This document shows positions 51,643 to 61,448 of a DNA stretch of 64,000 bases, one piece after another; position 1 is the first letter of the stretch, and the number at the start of each line of letters is the position of its first letter. The notes under the pieces were generated by a model. It did not search any database. It had not been told where the DNA came from and was given only the letters and a program-made list of their open reading frames with translations. A program made the position numbers and the translations under genes. Origin of the DNA: Candidatus Cloacimonadales bacterium (GTDB lineage Bacteria > Cloacimonadota > Cloacimonadia > Cloacimonadales > JAFGVF01); contig CAXXJV010000001.1 of NCBI GenBank assembly GCA_963663475.2, positions 2,624,001-2,688,000 of the forward strand, given 5' to 3'.

Positions 51643-53439
51643 CTAAAATCTAATACCAATTGCAGTATTTACAGTATAAACAAATTCTTGGTTTTCTACT
51701 TCATACCTAGGTTTGAAAGAAATTGTTAGGTTAGTGTCATCTGACTGATTATAAGAAAAAGCTGATTCAATCTCATAGATCTGAGTATTACCCCAGCTAG
51801 CTTTAGGTTTGAGACTATAAGTTAAGTAGCCATAAGACTTTTCAGCCTTAAGATAAAGATCATGTTTTTCACTTTCTCCAGTCCTTTCATATAAATCACT
51901 CTTCTTGTCACCAGTTTCATTAGCAAAATACTTATAGCTAAAAATAATATTAAGATAATCTCTAGTTTTCACTAGATTATTACCCCTTTTCCAAATAGCC
52001 TGGTTAAGTCTTAACCTCACAGGAGAATTATCATATCTTAGCTTGAATTCCGCAGAAACTTGCCTATAGAATCTATCATAAATTGTTAGACTTGCATCAC
52101 TGTTAGTAATACTATCATAAATATAGTCATCATAGTTAATTCTAATTGAATAAAGTTGAGAAATGAGAAAATTATCTCCAAGCAGAATATCAATATCAGG
52201 TTGAAAAGAATAACTTGTTTTAATGTTGTTACTAGCAGAATAAGAAGAATTAATATAAATATCTTGAATTTTACTGTATGAAAATTGGTTATTTAAGTTT
52301 ACCACATCTGCAAAAAGTTTTCTAGCCTTCAACCAAGTAATTTCTGAGACATAATCATTATCAAAGCCCTTTTCTGCTTTGGGAAAATTTGTTGATGTCT
52401 TTTCTAAAGAATGAGTTACTGATAGTGAATCAAAGACTACATTAGCAAGGATAAAACCCATTTTAAGCTTTTTAGTATCACTTTCTCGATTGTTAGATTC
52501 TAAGGAAAGGTATCTTTTAGATAGGTTGTAATTATTCTCTAATAACAAAGAAAAATTATCAAAAACTTGATAAGTCATATTAAGAGTCATATCTATATTG
52601 TTATCTTGATTAGTTCTATTATTAGCTACATCTAACCTATTGTTATTTTTACTATAAACACTTTCAAAAAAACCTTGAAATCTATCACCAAAATTATTAG
52701 ACACCTGGGTAACTAACCTGAAATTATCTCTCTTCTGGGTATCAGTCTGTTGATAAGTATCAGCTTCTAACTTGAAAATATCATCTTGCGAAGCTTGATA
52801 ATATACTTGGTTATACATATAAATTAGCTGATTATCAAGGTTATGGCTTAGAACAAAATTAAATTGATTATTATAGTTCCGAGTCCTATTATCATGATTA
52901 TAAGTCAAATCTAAATGAAAGTTATTTTTCAGTGCTTCAAAACCGTAATTACTAGTTACCTTAGCTAAATATCCCTTGTTAGCGAGATTATCATTGATAA
53001 TATTAGGATTATCCTCTTGACTTATAGCATACTTAATATTAGCGGAAGTCGTTAAGCTATCAGTAAGAGGTATATCAATGAAATAGCCACTAATGTATTG
53101 ATCTTCTGTCACATCTCCCGCAATTTGATATTGGGGATAATGATCATATTTCCTCTTATATGTTAAAATCAAACCATGATTAAGCTTACCAGAAGATCTA
53201 GCTATACTAGTATTAAATTGGTTAATTGAATTAATCTGGTCAAAAATCTTATTGTTTGATTTCTGCAGACTATTCTCAAACTTAACATTATACCTTGATA
53301 TGTTTTTGGCATACTTAAACTGATAATTTAACTGGTGATTATCATTATACTCTTGATAATCAGAAGTAAAGCTAATCTCAGAGCTTAAAGTTAAGAACAT
53401 CATTAAGATAAGAATAGAGATTAAGATACTCTTCTTCAC
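51643..53439 (-). CDS. Putative outer-membrane beta-barrel protein
   Basis: Signal peptide, N/Y/S-rich beta-strand pattern, C-terminal Phe (AIGIRF). Confidence 0.6.
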   Translation of the reverse strand: MKKSILISILILMMFLTLSSEISFTSDYQEYNDNHQLNYQFKYAKNISRYNVKFENSLQKSNNKIFDQINSINQFNTSIARSSGKLNHGLILTYKRKYDHYPQYQIAGDVTEDQYISGYFIDIPLTDSLTTSANIKYAISQEDNPNIINDNLANKGYLAKVTSNYGFEALKNNFHLDLTYNHDNRTRNYNNQFNFVLSHNLDNQLIYMYNQVYYQASQDDIFKLEADTYQQTDTQKRDNFRLVTQVSNNFGDRFQGFFESVYSKNNNRLDVANNRTNQDNNIDMTLNMTYQVFDNFSLLLENNYNLSKRYLSLESNNRESDTKKLKMGFILANVVFDSLSVTHSLEKTSTNFPKAEKGFDNDYVSEITWLKARKLFADVVNLNNQFSYSKIQDIYINSSYSASNNIKTSYSFQPDIDILLGDNFLISQLYSIRINYDDYIYDSITNSDASLTIYDRFYRQVSAEFKLRYDNSPVRLRLNQAIWKRGNNLVKTRDYLNIIFSYKYFANETGDKKSDLYERTGESEKHDLYLKAEKSYGYLTYSLKPKASWGNTQIYEIESAFSYNQSDDTNLTISFKPRYEVENQEFVYTVNTAIGIRF

Positions 53440-54178
53440 TTAAAGTTTCCCCCCTACGAGACAAATCGATTATATTTTCCCTTTCTAAGATCTGTAAATT
53501 ATCACTACCTATAAAAGATTTTAAATTATTTCTCAGAGTCTTTCGTCTCATAGCAAATGCAGCATCAACAAGTCTATTGAACAGTGGTAAATTTTCTATA
53601 TTAGGTATATCCTCACGCAATGTTAGCTGAATAACAGCTGAATCAACCCGTGGAGGTGGATAAAATAAATGAGCTGGTACTTTAAAAAGTTGCTTAACAT
53701 TATAGAAAAATTGAGTTTTGAGAGTTAAAGCTGCATATTCTTTAGTGTTAGGCTTAGCCTTGAGTCTATCAGCAAACTCTTTTTGCACCATCAAAGTAAC
53801 AGATGTAATTTTACTAGAATGACGACATATCTTGTATAATAAAGGAGATGTAATCTGATAAGGAATATTAGCAACTATCTTGATAGGTTCTTCTAAAAGA
53901 GGCTGCCAGTCTATCTTTATCACATCACCCTTATGAATAGGAATATTGCTACCAAACTTATCTTTGATAATCTCTATAACATCTTCATCTATTTCAAAAA
54001 GCTCCAAATTAGAAGATATTGCCAGTATCTCTTTTGTTAAAATTCCCTTACCAGGCCCTATCTCCCATATCTTGTCTTCTGCTTTTATCCCAGATTCTAC
54101 TACGATTTTTCTGACTATGTTTGGATCTTTTAAAAAGTTCTGTCCCCATTTCTTTTTGTGCCGAAAGTTATCCTTCAT
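53378..54178 (-). CDS. rsmA: 16S rRNA m6,2A dimethyltransferase
   Basis: KKWGQNFL, EIGPGKG, VANIPYQIT, F.PPPRVDS, RRKTLRN. Confidence 0.95.
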   Translation of the reverse strand: MKDNFRHKKKWGQNFLKDPNIVRKIVVESGIKAEDKIWEIGPGKGILTKEILAISSNLELFEIDEDVIEIIKDKFGSNIPIHKGDVIKIDWQPLLEEPIKIVANIPYQITSPLLYKICRHSSKITSVTLMVQKEFADRLKAKPNTKEYAALTLKTQFFYNVKQLFKVPAHLFYPPPRVDSAVIQLTLREDIPNIENLPLFNRLVDAAFAMRRKTLRNNLKSFIGSDNLQILERENIIDLSRRGETLSEEEYLNLYSYLNDVLNFKL

Positions 54179-54502
54179 CTATTAATTCTCACTTGATTAT
54201 AATTTACTTATTTTAATAAATTTAAAATACCCGCCATTTGTGTCAATTGTTATTTACTTAATCTTTATCCTTAAGCAAAATTCTTGCCTTAAATCCAGAT
54301 AGTGTAGTAGAGCTTTTGTAATACTTCGCTAAAGCTAGGTATCACAGGAGAAGAGTGCAGATTATTCTAGCAAAATAGCTTACAGAATTTTGACGCATAT
54401 AATATATTTATTCGGAGAAATTATGGATCTTACTTTTGCAGAAGAATATTCTGCTATTCACAAAGGGCTAGTTCATTATTAGCTTTAACACAAATACCCT
54501 TA

Positions 54503-54583
54503 TCATCCTTAATCCTTCCTTTACAGTCTTTCGATGAAAGTCCCAGTTTCATCGAAAGACTGTAAAGGAAGGATTAAGGATGA
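54503..54583. repeat. Perfect 37-bp inverted repeat with 7-nt loop
   Basis: TCATCCTTAATCCTTCCTTTACAGTCTTTCGATGAAA-GTCCCAG-reverse complement. Confidence 0.92.
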
Positions 54584-54602
54584 ATAGAGGAGAATATAGT
54601 TT

Positions 54603-54876
54603 TTTTCTCATTATTTTTGCTAATATTAACAGTTTCTGAGAAAATTAAGGGGGGTAAGAATAAGTGAGAAATAATAAAAGTTGGGTTGTGTGTGTTATAA
54701 GTGGGCTTGCTGGGATTATTGGTATTTTTAATAAATGAGAAAAAAGTGGAATTTCTTAGAAATTCGTAGAAATAAATGAGAAAAATAAAAAAGGCCTATC
54801 TTAGTTGAAAGTCTGCAAAAATAAATGAGAAAAACTAATATAGACCTTTAATAGTCTGCAAGATTAAATGAGAAAA
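54603..54876. promoter_or_regulatory. Array of TAAATGAGAAAA motifs; candidate transposase-binding sites of the prophage end
   Basis: Copies at about 54732, 54773, 54822 and 54865 (the last two preceded by AGTCTGCAA), degenerate copies at 54637 and 54661, an inverted copy at 54603-54613, and an outlier at about 55471. Confidence 0.6.
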
Positions 54877-54921
54877 CTATCTATATAGAATTAACTTCAA
54901 CCTCGATTTTGAGAACATTAA

Positions 54922-55347
54922 TTAACTGTTCTGATATTCATCATATAATTTCTGAGCTGTTTGTGTCACAAAATATTGCTGATCTACATCAAATGAGGAT
55001 GGGTAACATTCAGTTCCAATAAGTTTTAAGTTCTTGAAAACAGCGAAACAGTACAGACTGTCATCACCGAATTTAACTAAAGTAGCCAAATACCAAAGAT
55101 CATAATCTGGGGCATTGTCATTTTTTGAACAAAATGGCATCTTGTCTATAGTTGAAATATCAATAAAGCCGTCTATGAGTTCTTTCTGTTCTTCATTATT
55201 CATATTTACAAACTCTAAAGGGAAATGATTTACTAAAGGATATTTAATTATAATAGCTGTTTTTTCATTACCATAAAAATCTCTTGCCACAATGTCATAC
55301 TTCACTGATGAATTTTCAATGATTTCATACTTATAAAAAATCTTCAT
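54922..55347 (-). CDS. Hypothetical prophage accessory protein
   Basis: AGGAG RBS before ATG 55347; no motif recognised. Confidence 0.55.
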   Translation of the reverse strand: MKIFYKYEIIENSSVKYDIVARDFYGNEKTAIIIKYPLVNHFPLEFVNMNNEEQKELIDGFIDISTIDKMPFCSKNDNAPDYDLWYLATLVKFGDDSLYCFAVFKNLKLIGTECYPSSFDVDQQYFVTQTAQKLYDEYQNS

Positions 55348-55481
55348 TATATCTCCTGTTAAGTGGTTAAAGGTCATAAATGTGAATATAGTTTTGTATT
55401 TGTTGCTCCAGGGCAACTATCAATACTATTGTTCACAATAGATTGTTATATATTAAAAAGGATGTAAAATAAATGAGAAAA

Positions 55482-55943
55482 TTAATCCTCTTCTTTGTAA
55501 GCAGCCAAAATTGAATAAACTAAATCACCTAACTCTTTTCTTAAGAGAGTTTCTGTATCTTTACTTGTGCTAACTGGTTTATCTTTGAACTTTATTCCTT
55601 TAGCAGTATAGCTCATGTTGGTATGGAGCTTCTCCATTAACTCAGCACTAAAAGAGAATTCTATGGAGTTAAGATAATACCTAAAGGTTATTATATTGCT
55701 TTTTGCAGTAAAATTGAACGGAGTATCTGAAAATATATCTTTCATATCTAATAATTTTTTGCTGCGAAGAGAGTATTCTTTACAAGTGTCTTCCTGAACA
55801 CTTATTGCTTCAAGTGCATTTTTTACATAATTATGAATATAATCCGATTTGATAAGCGTTTCTAATATTTTTGCATTCCTATTGTTAGTGTTGTTTTGTT
55901 CAATAACTCTTCTTGTGTTTTCTTGTTGTTGCTTTAAATCCAT
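55482..55943 (-). CDS. Hypothetical prophage accessory protein
   Basis: AGGAGG RBS, 153 aa, downstream of the repressor. Confidence 0.6.
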   Translation of the reverse strand: MDLKQQQENTRRVIEQNNTNNRNAKILETLIKSDYIHNYVKNALEAISVQEDTCKEYSLRSKKLLDMKDIFSDTPFNFTAKSNIITFRYYLNSIEFSFSAELMEKLHTNMSYTAKGIKFKDKPVSTSKDTETLLRKELGDLVYSILAAYKEED

Positions 55944-56000
55944 TAATCCTCCTAGTTTTTTCTGTAAGTATTTTATTAGTAAATACTATATTATATAGTA

Positions 56001-56753
56001 TTATTTATAACTCCTTATAAGGAATTCTAATACTCCCAGCATAGCTATTGAGGAGTATTGATTTATTAAAATAGGTTTGTAGTCATCATTGATTGGCATT
56101 AACCAGGAGCATTCATTTTCGTGGTCCAGCTTAAGTAATTTAAGGGTGATACCATCATCTAATCTGACTGCTACAATTCGGTTATCCATATCATCATAGT
56201 CATATATCTTATTAACTATAACGACATCGTTATGCTGTATCTCTGGACTCATGCTCCATCCATTTACCCTGAAGCAAAAAAAGTTTTCAGGATCACTGAT
56301 CAGTTCTGAGGAAACAAGTATTTTACCCAATACATCAACTTCTCTAACTTCTAAAGGGTTACCTGCTGCAATTTCACCTACAATTGGAAGTGAAACAACA
56401 GAGGAAGGATCATTAATGCTCTTAGCTTGTTCATCATCTAGTTTTGATTTACCTAGGTCGATGTACTGTTTGAGTTTGTCGGCATTGAGTTCTGTTTTGT
56501 GTTTAGGAGGATGGTCCTGGTCTTTGGAGAGGAACATCTCCCCTGTCCCATTAGATAACCAATTCAAATTAACATTATACTTATTTGATATATTATTTAG
56601 AACTGAATAGGCTGGTTCAACCTTACCTTTCTCATACCTGTTATAATTACCTTGAGTTAAACCTAAAGTTTCTGCAAAACTTTTCTGAGTTAAATCAAAA
56701 TATTTTCTAAGTTCTAAAAGCCTATCTTTTAACAAGTTATAATACCTCACCAA
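56001..56753 (-). CDS. CI/LexA-like repressor (XRE HTH + S24 autopeptidase)
   Basis: LTQKSFAETLG....YNRYEKG, IAAG cleavage site, RVNGWSM serine, TLK lysine. Confidence 0.92.
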   Translation of the reverse strand: MVRYYNLLKDRLLELRKYFDLTQKSFAETLGLTQGNYNRYEKGKVEPAYSVLNNISNKYNVNLNWLSNGTGEMFLSKDQDHPPKHKTELNADKLKQYIDLGKSKLDDEQAKSINDPSSVVSLPIVGEIAAGNPLEVREVDVLGKILVSSELISDPENFFCFRVNGWSMSPEIQHNDVVIVNKIYDYDDMDNRIVAVRLDDGITLKLLKLDHENECSWLMPINDDYKPILINQYSSIAMLGVLEFLIRSYK

Positions 56754-56882
56754 TTTGAATTATATCTGATATGATATTTTTATATTGACAGAACTCATAT
56801 ATGATATATTTATTGTCCTATCTATGGACAGACTAAAAAAGATATTTAGATAAGTCAAGAAAAATAATTAAAGGAGATAAAA

Positions 56883-57167
56883 ATGAAGTATGAAGCAAGA
56901 GAAATAAGAGCTGCTATGACTGCGAATTCTTTATCTAATGATTTATTAACAGATTATATAAATCAGGAGATTGGAAAGGACCTGAAACCTGATAGTATTA
57001 GGAGAATAATCATGGGAGTTCGTAATAATGCAGAAGTTGAGAAAGTGATAGAAGATTTGCTGGGTCCTTGGATTGAAAGTCACAGAGAAGTCCTTAAAAA
57101 CAAGATTATTGAAGGAGCTATGATACCAGAACATGTTGTTAATGAAAAAATAAGCAGAGGAGAGTAA
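56883..57167 (+). CDS. Cro/Ner-position small protein
   Basis: First gene divergent from the repressor; AAGGAG RBS; weak HTH-like pattern. Confidence 0.55.
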   Translation: MKYEAREIRAAMTANSLSNDLLTDYINQEIGKDLKPDSIRRIIMGVRNNAEVEKVIEDLLGPWIESHREVLKNKIIEGAMIPEHVVNEKISRGE

Positions 57168-57168
57168 G

Positions 57169-57579
57169 ATGCTAGATTATAATGACAGTAAATATAATTC
57201 AGGTAAAAAGGTTATAATTGAAGATGATACAATTACAGAATTTATGCATAAGAAAGGTAGTATAGACATTTCAATAGTTAGATATATCATATTAGACAAT
57301 GGTACACTAGGGATTGATCATATGCACAAGTTGTCCTGCATTGATGAAAAGGATGCTTTCAATGAGTTTTGCAAGATAAGAAGATGTGACTATGGAACTA
57401 CGGTAAATTATTATCTTTGGGAGCTTTTTAATAATAAAAGTATCATATTAAGTTCTCGATACCCGACAACTACAGCATGTTTTATGCTTGAAGGCATTCT
57501 TAATGAAGTGAAGAAGGTTGCAATCAAGAAGTTTATGGAAATGAACAATTTAGAATTCAAACCAGATCAATTACATTAG
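57169..57579 (+). CDS. Hypothetical phage protein
   Basis: GAGGAG RBS, 1-bp gap to the previous gene. Confidence 0.6.
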   Translation: MLDYNDSKYNSGKKVIIEDDTITEFMHKKGSIDISIVRYIILDNGTLGIDHMHKLSCIDEKDAFNEFCKIRRCDYGTTVNYYLWELFNNKSIILSSRYPTTTACFMLEGILNEVKKVAIKKFMEMNNLEFKPDQLH

Positions 57580-57590
57580 TAGGAGTAAGC

Positions 57591-57851
57591 ATGATAACCA
57601 CCATAGTAATATTATCAGTAATAGTAGTTTTGTTAGTGATGCACGACATATCAGGGATAGGAAAAGAAACGGATTTAGAGAAGAAGAATTTCGCTTTAAA
57701 AGCTAGTAATTACAGGTTAAATCAAGAGAACACCAAGCTAAAAGCAAGCAATGAAAAAATGAAATTAGCTTGGTGTAACATGAAAAGTGTATTGCCATTA
57801 GATTTAGAGCAGAAAATAAGTCAAGAAAAATCGGGAGAAACCTCCTCCTAG
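57591..57851 (+). CDS. Small phage membrane protein (TM + coiled coil)
   Basis: AGGAG RBS; hydrophobic N-terminus. Confidence 0.6.
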   Translation: MITTIVILSVIVVLLVMHDISGIGKETDLEKKNFALKASNYRLNQENTKLKASNEKMKLAWCNMKSVLPLDLEQKISQEKSGETSS

Positions 57852-57911
57852 TTACCATAAAGAACCCGCATCTTGTGGAGGTGCGGGCTATTATGGTAAT
57901 TAGAAAAGGAG

Positions 57912-60644
57912 ATGCTTATGTGGTTAACATATAAAGAATTGATGGCGTTCTATGATATTAGTAGAAGAACAGCTGTACGTAGAAAAGACAGCGGAGAATG
58001 GCCCACCAGGAAGATTAAGAATCCTAAGGGTGGAAAAGCTATAGCTTTCTTCTTTATTGCAGAAGCAGACCAACATGCCATTTTTGAAGATAATGGTGTA
58101 GATCGTTCTCAAATCCAATGTGCCACTTCTGAAGACCTAGTTATAGAAAATGTAAAAAATTTTGTTTCTGAAGATGGAAAAAAGGAAAAAATGGCAGACC
58201 CGGCTCTGCCAAAAAGTGAAAATCAACGTGCCAAAATTGATAAAAGCTTGAAAAATATAGAAGATAGCATTATGCCACAACGTGCCACCAATATGCCAAA
58301 CAAAAACCAACGTGCCATCAATGTGCAAAATGAAAATCAATGTGCCACCAACGTGCCAAATGAAAATCAAGGTGGAAGTGGTTTTGGTGAAGAGAAGAAC
58401 CACCCCGTCTTGGAAAGGGCGAAAAATGTTTCGCCCCTACGAGGGGAATTAATGCCGACAGGGATGTCGGCGCTCCCAGTAGATCCATTAAGATGGATTC
58501 CTTTAGATAGAGCTAGTGCTTTGTCTGGGTTAAGCGAAAGGACTCTATATAGAAGAATAGAGAGTGGAGAGCTTTATTCAATCACTGTGCCTGATAAATT
58601 GAGTAAGCAGAGAGCATTGATAGAGGTTTCAGGTTTTTCAAATGAGGTTGTGGCTCGGTGGAGAGCAGAGGTATTGGCAAATAATAATGATTTGGCAAGT
58701 ATTCTTCATCAGGAGAAGAAGGAGTTTGAGCTTCATTGCAAAGATGATAAGGATGTAGCTTGGGCTCGTAAAAGCATAATTGAAGAATATTATAATTACA
58801 GGAAATTAGCTAAAGCGAGTGGTACTTCTTTAACGACAGCCTGTAAGCAATTTGAAATAAAGCTAAATAATAATGAGTTGTTACCAGGTATATTAAAGAG
58901 GTTAGGTGCTGTTTCTGTGAGTATAAAGACTATAAAGAAATGGGAGAAAACTTGGAGAGACAGCGGAAATAATACTTACCCAGTTAGTTTATTGGATAAT
59001 AAGAAGGGTAAGGTAGGAAGAAAGAGTCTTGTAAGTAGCAAATTAGAGAAAGAAATAGAGTATTATGCAACATCTTATAAAGATTTTCCTGCCAGTGAGA
59101 TATACAGGGTTTTAAGTGAAAGTGCTGCTTTAATAGGAGAAGAGCTTCCAATAAGTGTAAGGACTTTGACTAATTTAGTAAATAAAATCAGATCTGATAA
59201 AGCTAAGTTAGCTTTGATGAAAGGTAAGAAATGGGAAAAGGATAATTTAAGACCTCATGTAAAGAGAATCAATAATGCTTTACCTGGCCAGATAGTAGAG
59301 AGTGACGGGCATAAGCTGAATAACTTAGTATATTCTCCATTTTATGCTCATAAATCAGAGTTTAAGTATTTAGTAAGACCTCAACTGATGGTTTGGTATG
59401 ATGTAGGAACAGGATTTATATTAGATGGGACTTTGACATTATCAGAGAATAGAAATGTGGTCAGGACTTCTTTAAGATATGCAATTCTAAAAGGTGGATT
59501 ACCTGATGAGGTTAGATTAGATAACGGTCCTGCATATAAGAATGCTGATTTTGTACCTTTAGCTTATGCAGGTAAGAAAAGACTAACACCTGCTGTAAAA
59601 AGAGCTAAAGAGATGTTAAGCAAGGGAGATAAGGGATTATATGCTAATTTGGGCATTTCCTGTAGATTTACGATACCTGGTAATCCTGAATCAAAGAGTA
59701 TTGAACCATTTTGGGGTTTCTGTGTATCAATGTTTGAGAAGATATTCCCTGTTTGGATTGGTAATAATATTCAAAACAGACCTGATATTCTTAAACTTAC
59801 CAATGCTGTTTTAATGAAACGATACGGCAAGTATATACCAACCTGGGAACAATATGATGAACTGCTTCAGAGGTTTATACAGGTATGGAATAACAGGAAA
59901 AGAGGATGTTTAGTTAATGGCAGAGGTGAAACACTTTCTCCACAAGAAGCTTATTCTCAGGTAGAACACAAGACTCTTCCTTTAGAGGAGTTAGAGAGAA
60001 TAACAAAATTTGCTTATCCTAACCCATATATGGTCAGTAGAGGGCGAATAAATGTTAATGGCATATTATATTGGCATCCAAGTTTTAGAGCCTTAGAGGG
60101 CAAGAATGTTAACACTTACTATGACGAGAAGAATATAAAGGAAGTTACTATTGGTACTGAATATGGTGAGATTTTTCAACAACCAGCAATGATAGTTTAT
60201 CCAGGTCTGCAAGTAGGTGATGACATGGGTGCTTATATTGAAGCACGCCACCAAGAAAAAGTAATGATGTCTGTTTATGCTGCAATTAATGAGGCAGGCG
60301 GAAATGTGGCCCGTAATAGGATAATGCTTGAAGCTACTTCAGATACAGTATTTATCCAGGATAAGAAACAAGATAAGATTAAACAAGGTGATAAGATGCT
60401 TATGCCTTCACCAAATAACAATTCTGAACATGCTATTAAGCTTATTCCTGAAGATGAAATCACAATTACTGAAGATGATATAGCTAAATCTAAGCAAGCC
60501 AGTGAAGAGGCTGAGATTGAGAGTGAAGAAATTGAGAATGAGAAGATTAAGAGTATTATGCAGAAGATAAGAGAGAATCAAGAAGAAGAAATTGAAGAAG
60601 ATGATGAGATAGAGAGTATTTTGAGAGAGATGGGAGTGAGTTAA
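57912..60644 (+). CDS. MuA-like DDE transposase with extended N-terminus
   Basis: ESDGH, LDNGPAY and PGNPESKSIE DDE triad; WNNRKR...LSPQE; Mu C-terminal beta domain; acidic tail. Confidence 0.9.
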   Translation: MLMWLTYKELMAFYDISRRTAVRRKDSGEWPTRKIKNPKGGKAIAFFFIAEADQHAIFEDNGVDRSQIQCATSEDLVIENVKNFVSEDGKKEKMADPALPKSENQRAKIDKSLKNIEDSIMPQRATNMPNKNQRAINVQNENQCATNVPNENQGGSGFGEEKNHPVLERAKNVSPLRGELMPTGMSALPVDPLRWIPLDRASALSGLSERTLYRRIESGELYSITVPDKLSKQRALIEVSGFSNEVVARWRAEVLANNNDLASILHQEKKEFELHCKDDKDVAWARKSIIEEYYNYRKLAKASGTSLTTACKQFEIKLNNNELLPGILKRLGAVSVSIKTIKKWEKTWRDSGNNTYPVSLLDNKKGKVGRKSLVSSKLEKEIEYYATSYKDFPASEIYRVLSESAALIGEELPISVRTLTNLVNKIRSDKAKLALMKGKKWEKDNLRPHVKRINNALPGQIVESDGHKLNNLVYSPFYAHKSEFKYLVRPQLMVWYDVGTGFILDGTLTLSENRNVVRTSLRYAILKGGLPDEVRLDNGPAYKNADFVPLAYAGKKRLTPAVKRAKEMLSKGDKGLYANLGISCRFTIPGNPESKSIEPFWGFCVSMFEKIFPVWIGNNIQNRPDILKLTNAVLMKRYGKYIPTWEQYDELLQRFIQVWNNRKRGCLVNGRGETLSPQEAYSQVEHKTLPLEELERITKFAYPNPYMVSRGRINVNGILYWHPSFRALEGKNVNTYYDEKNIKEVTIGTEYGEIFQQPAMIVYPGLQVGDDMGAYIEARHQEKVMMSVYAAINEAGGNVARNRIMLEATSDTVFIQDKKQDKIKQGDKMLMPSPNNNSEHAIKLIPEDEITITEDDIAKSKQASEEAEIESEEIENEKIKSIMQKIRENQEEEIEEDDEIESILREMGVS

Positions 60645-60693
60645 TGCGGGTAAGATGCCCGCGTTCCCAGTTAATAAAGATAAAGGAGTAGAA

Positions 60694-61443
60694 ATGAAAA
60701 GTGTATTGTATTCAACACAAAATGTAAAGAAGGCACAGAATGTATTAAAGGATGTGTGCAGAACAAAATCAGGTGATTTAGTGGTATTATACGGCTATAC
60801 TGGGACAGGTAAAAGTCAGTATGCTAAAAAGAATTTCGCCCAGAAAGACTGGGGATATTACAGGATTCAGAGTGTAGAAAGCGGTAGATCCTTTGCAATG
60901 GAGATATATCAGAGACTTCATTACCTGTACACTGGTTCTCATATTCATGCAAGCGGTCATGCTTCTACACTGGTAAAAAAGAGTATCGACTTATGGCAAG
61001 AGATTAACTATATCAGGGCTAATCAAGGTCAACTTCCTTTAGTATTCTTTGTTGATGAGGTTAATAATGCTATAAAACGCAGAGCCTGGGATATTTTGGA
61101 AATCATGAGAGACTTTAGAGATACTGCTGAAGCAAAGATTGTTCTGATTGGAGAAGAAAATACCAGGGCTAAGATAGAGAAATATGACTCCCATTACTCA
61201 GGAAGAGTAACGAATTGGTGCAACTTTGAGATACCTTCACAAGAAGATATAGTTGGTGTGATTACCTCCAGTATGGAAGTAGAAGCTACTCCTGGTGTCT
61301 ATAAAATGATGATAGCTGGAATGGGTGGAAGTTTGCACGCATTAGAGAGATACATAAAACTTTGTGAGAGTGTTGCTAATCAGTATAATTTAGCACTAAT
61401 GGATATTGAATCAATTAAGAAATACAAGATTGAGTTTAGGTAG
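60694..61443 (+). CDS. MuB-like AAA ATPase
   Basis: GYTGTGKS, FFVDEV, MRDFRD, VLIGEE. AAGGAG RBS before ATG 60694. Confidence 0.88.
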   Translation: MKSVLYSTQNVKKAQNVLKDVCRTKSGDLVVLYGYTGTGKSQYAKKNFAQKDWGYYRIQSVESGRSFAMEIYQRLHYLYTGSHIHASGHASTLVKKSIDLWQEINYIRANQGQLPLVFFVDEVNNAIKRRAWDILEIMRDFRDTAEAKIVLIGEENTRAKIEKYDSHYSGRVTNWCNFEIPSQEDIVGVITSSMEVEATPGVYKMMIAGMGGSLHALERYIKLCESVANQYNLALMDIESIKKYKIEFR

Positions 61444-61448
61444 GATAA

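Noticed and set aside
60655..60693. N-terminal MPAFPVNKDKGVE extension of the MuB-like protein
   Set aside because: It derives from a family B repeat; a strong RBS precedes ATG 60694.
57912..61443. Tn7-like/CAST TnsB-TnsC pair
   Set aside because: No TniQ/TnsD or Cas genes; the neighbours (repressor, GemA-like, DUF3164-like) indicate a Mu-like phage.
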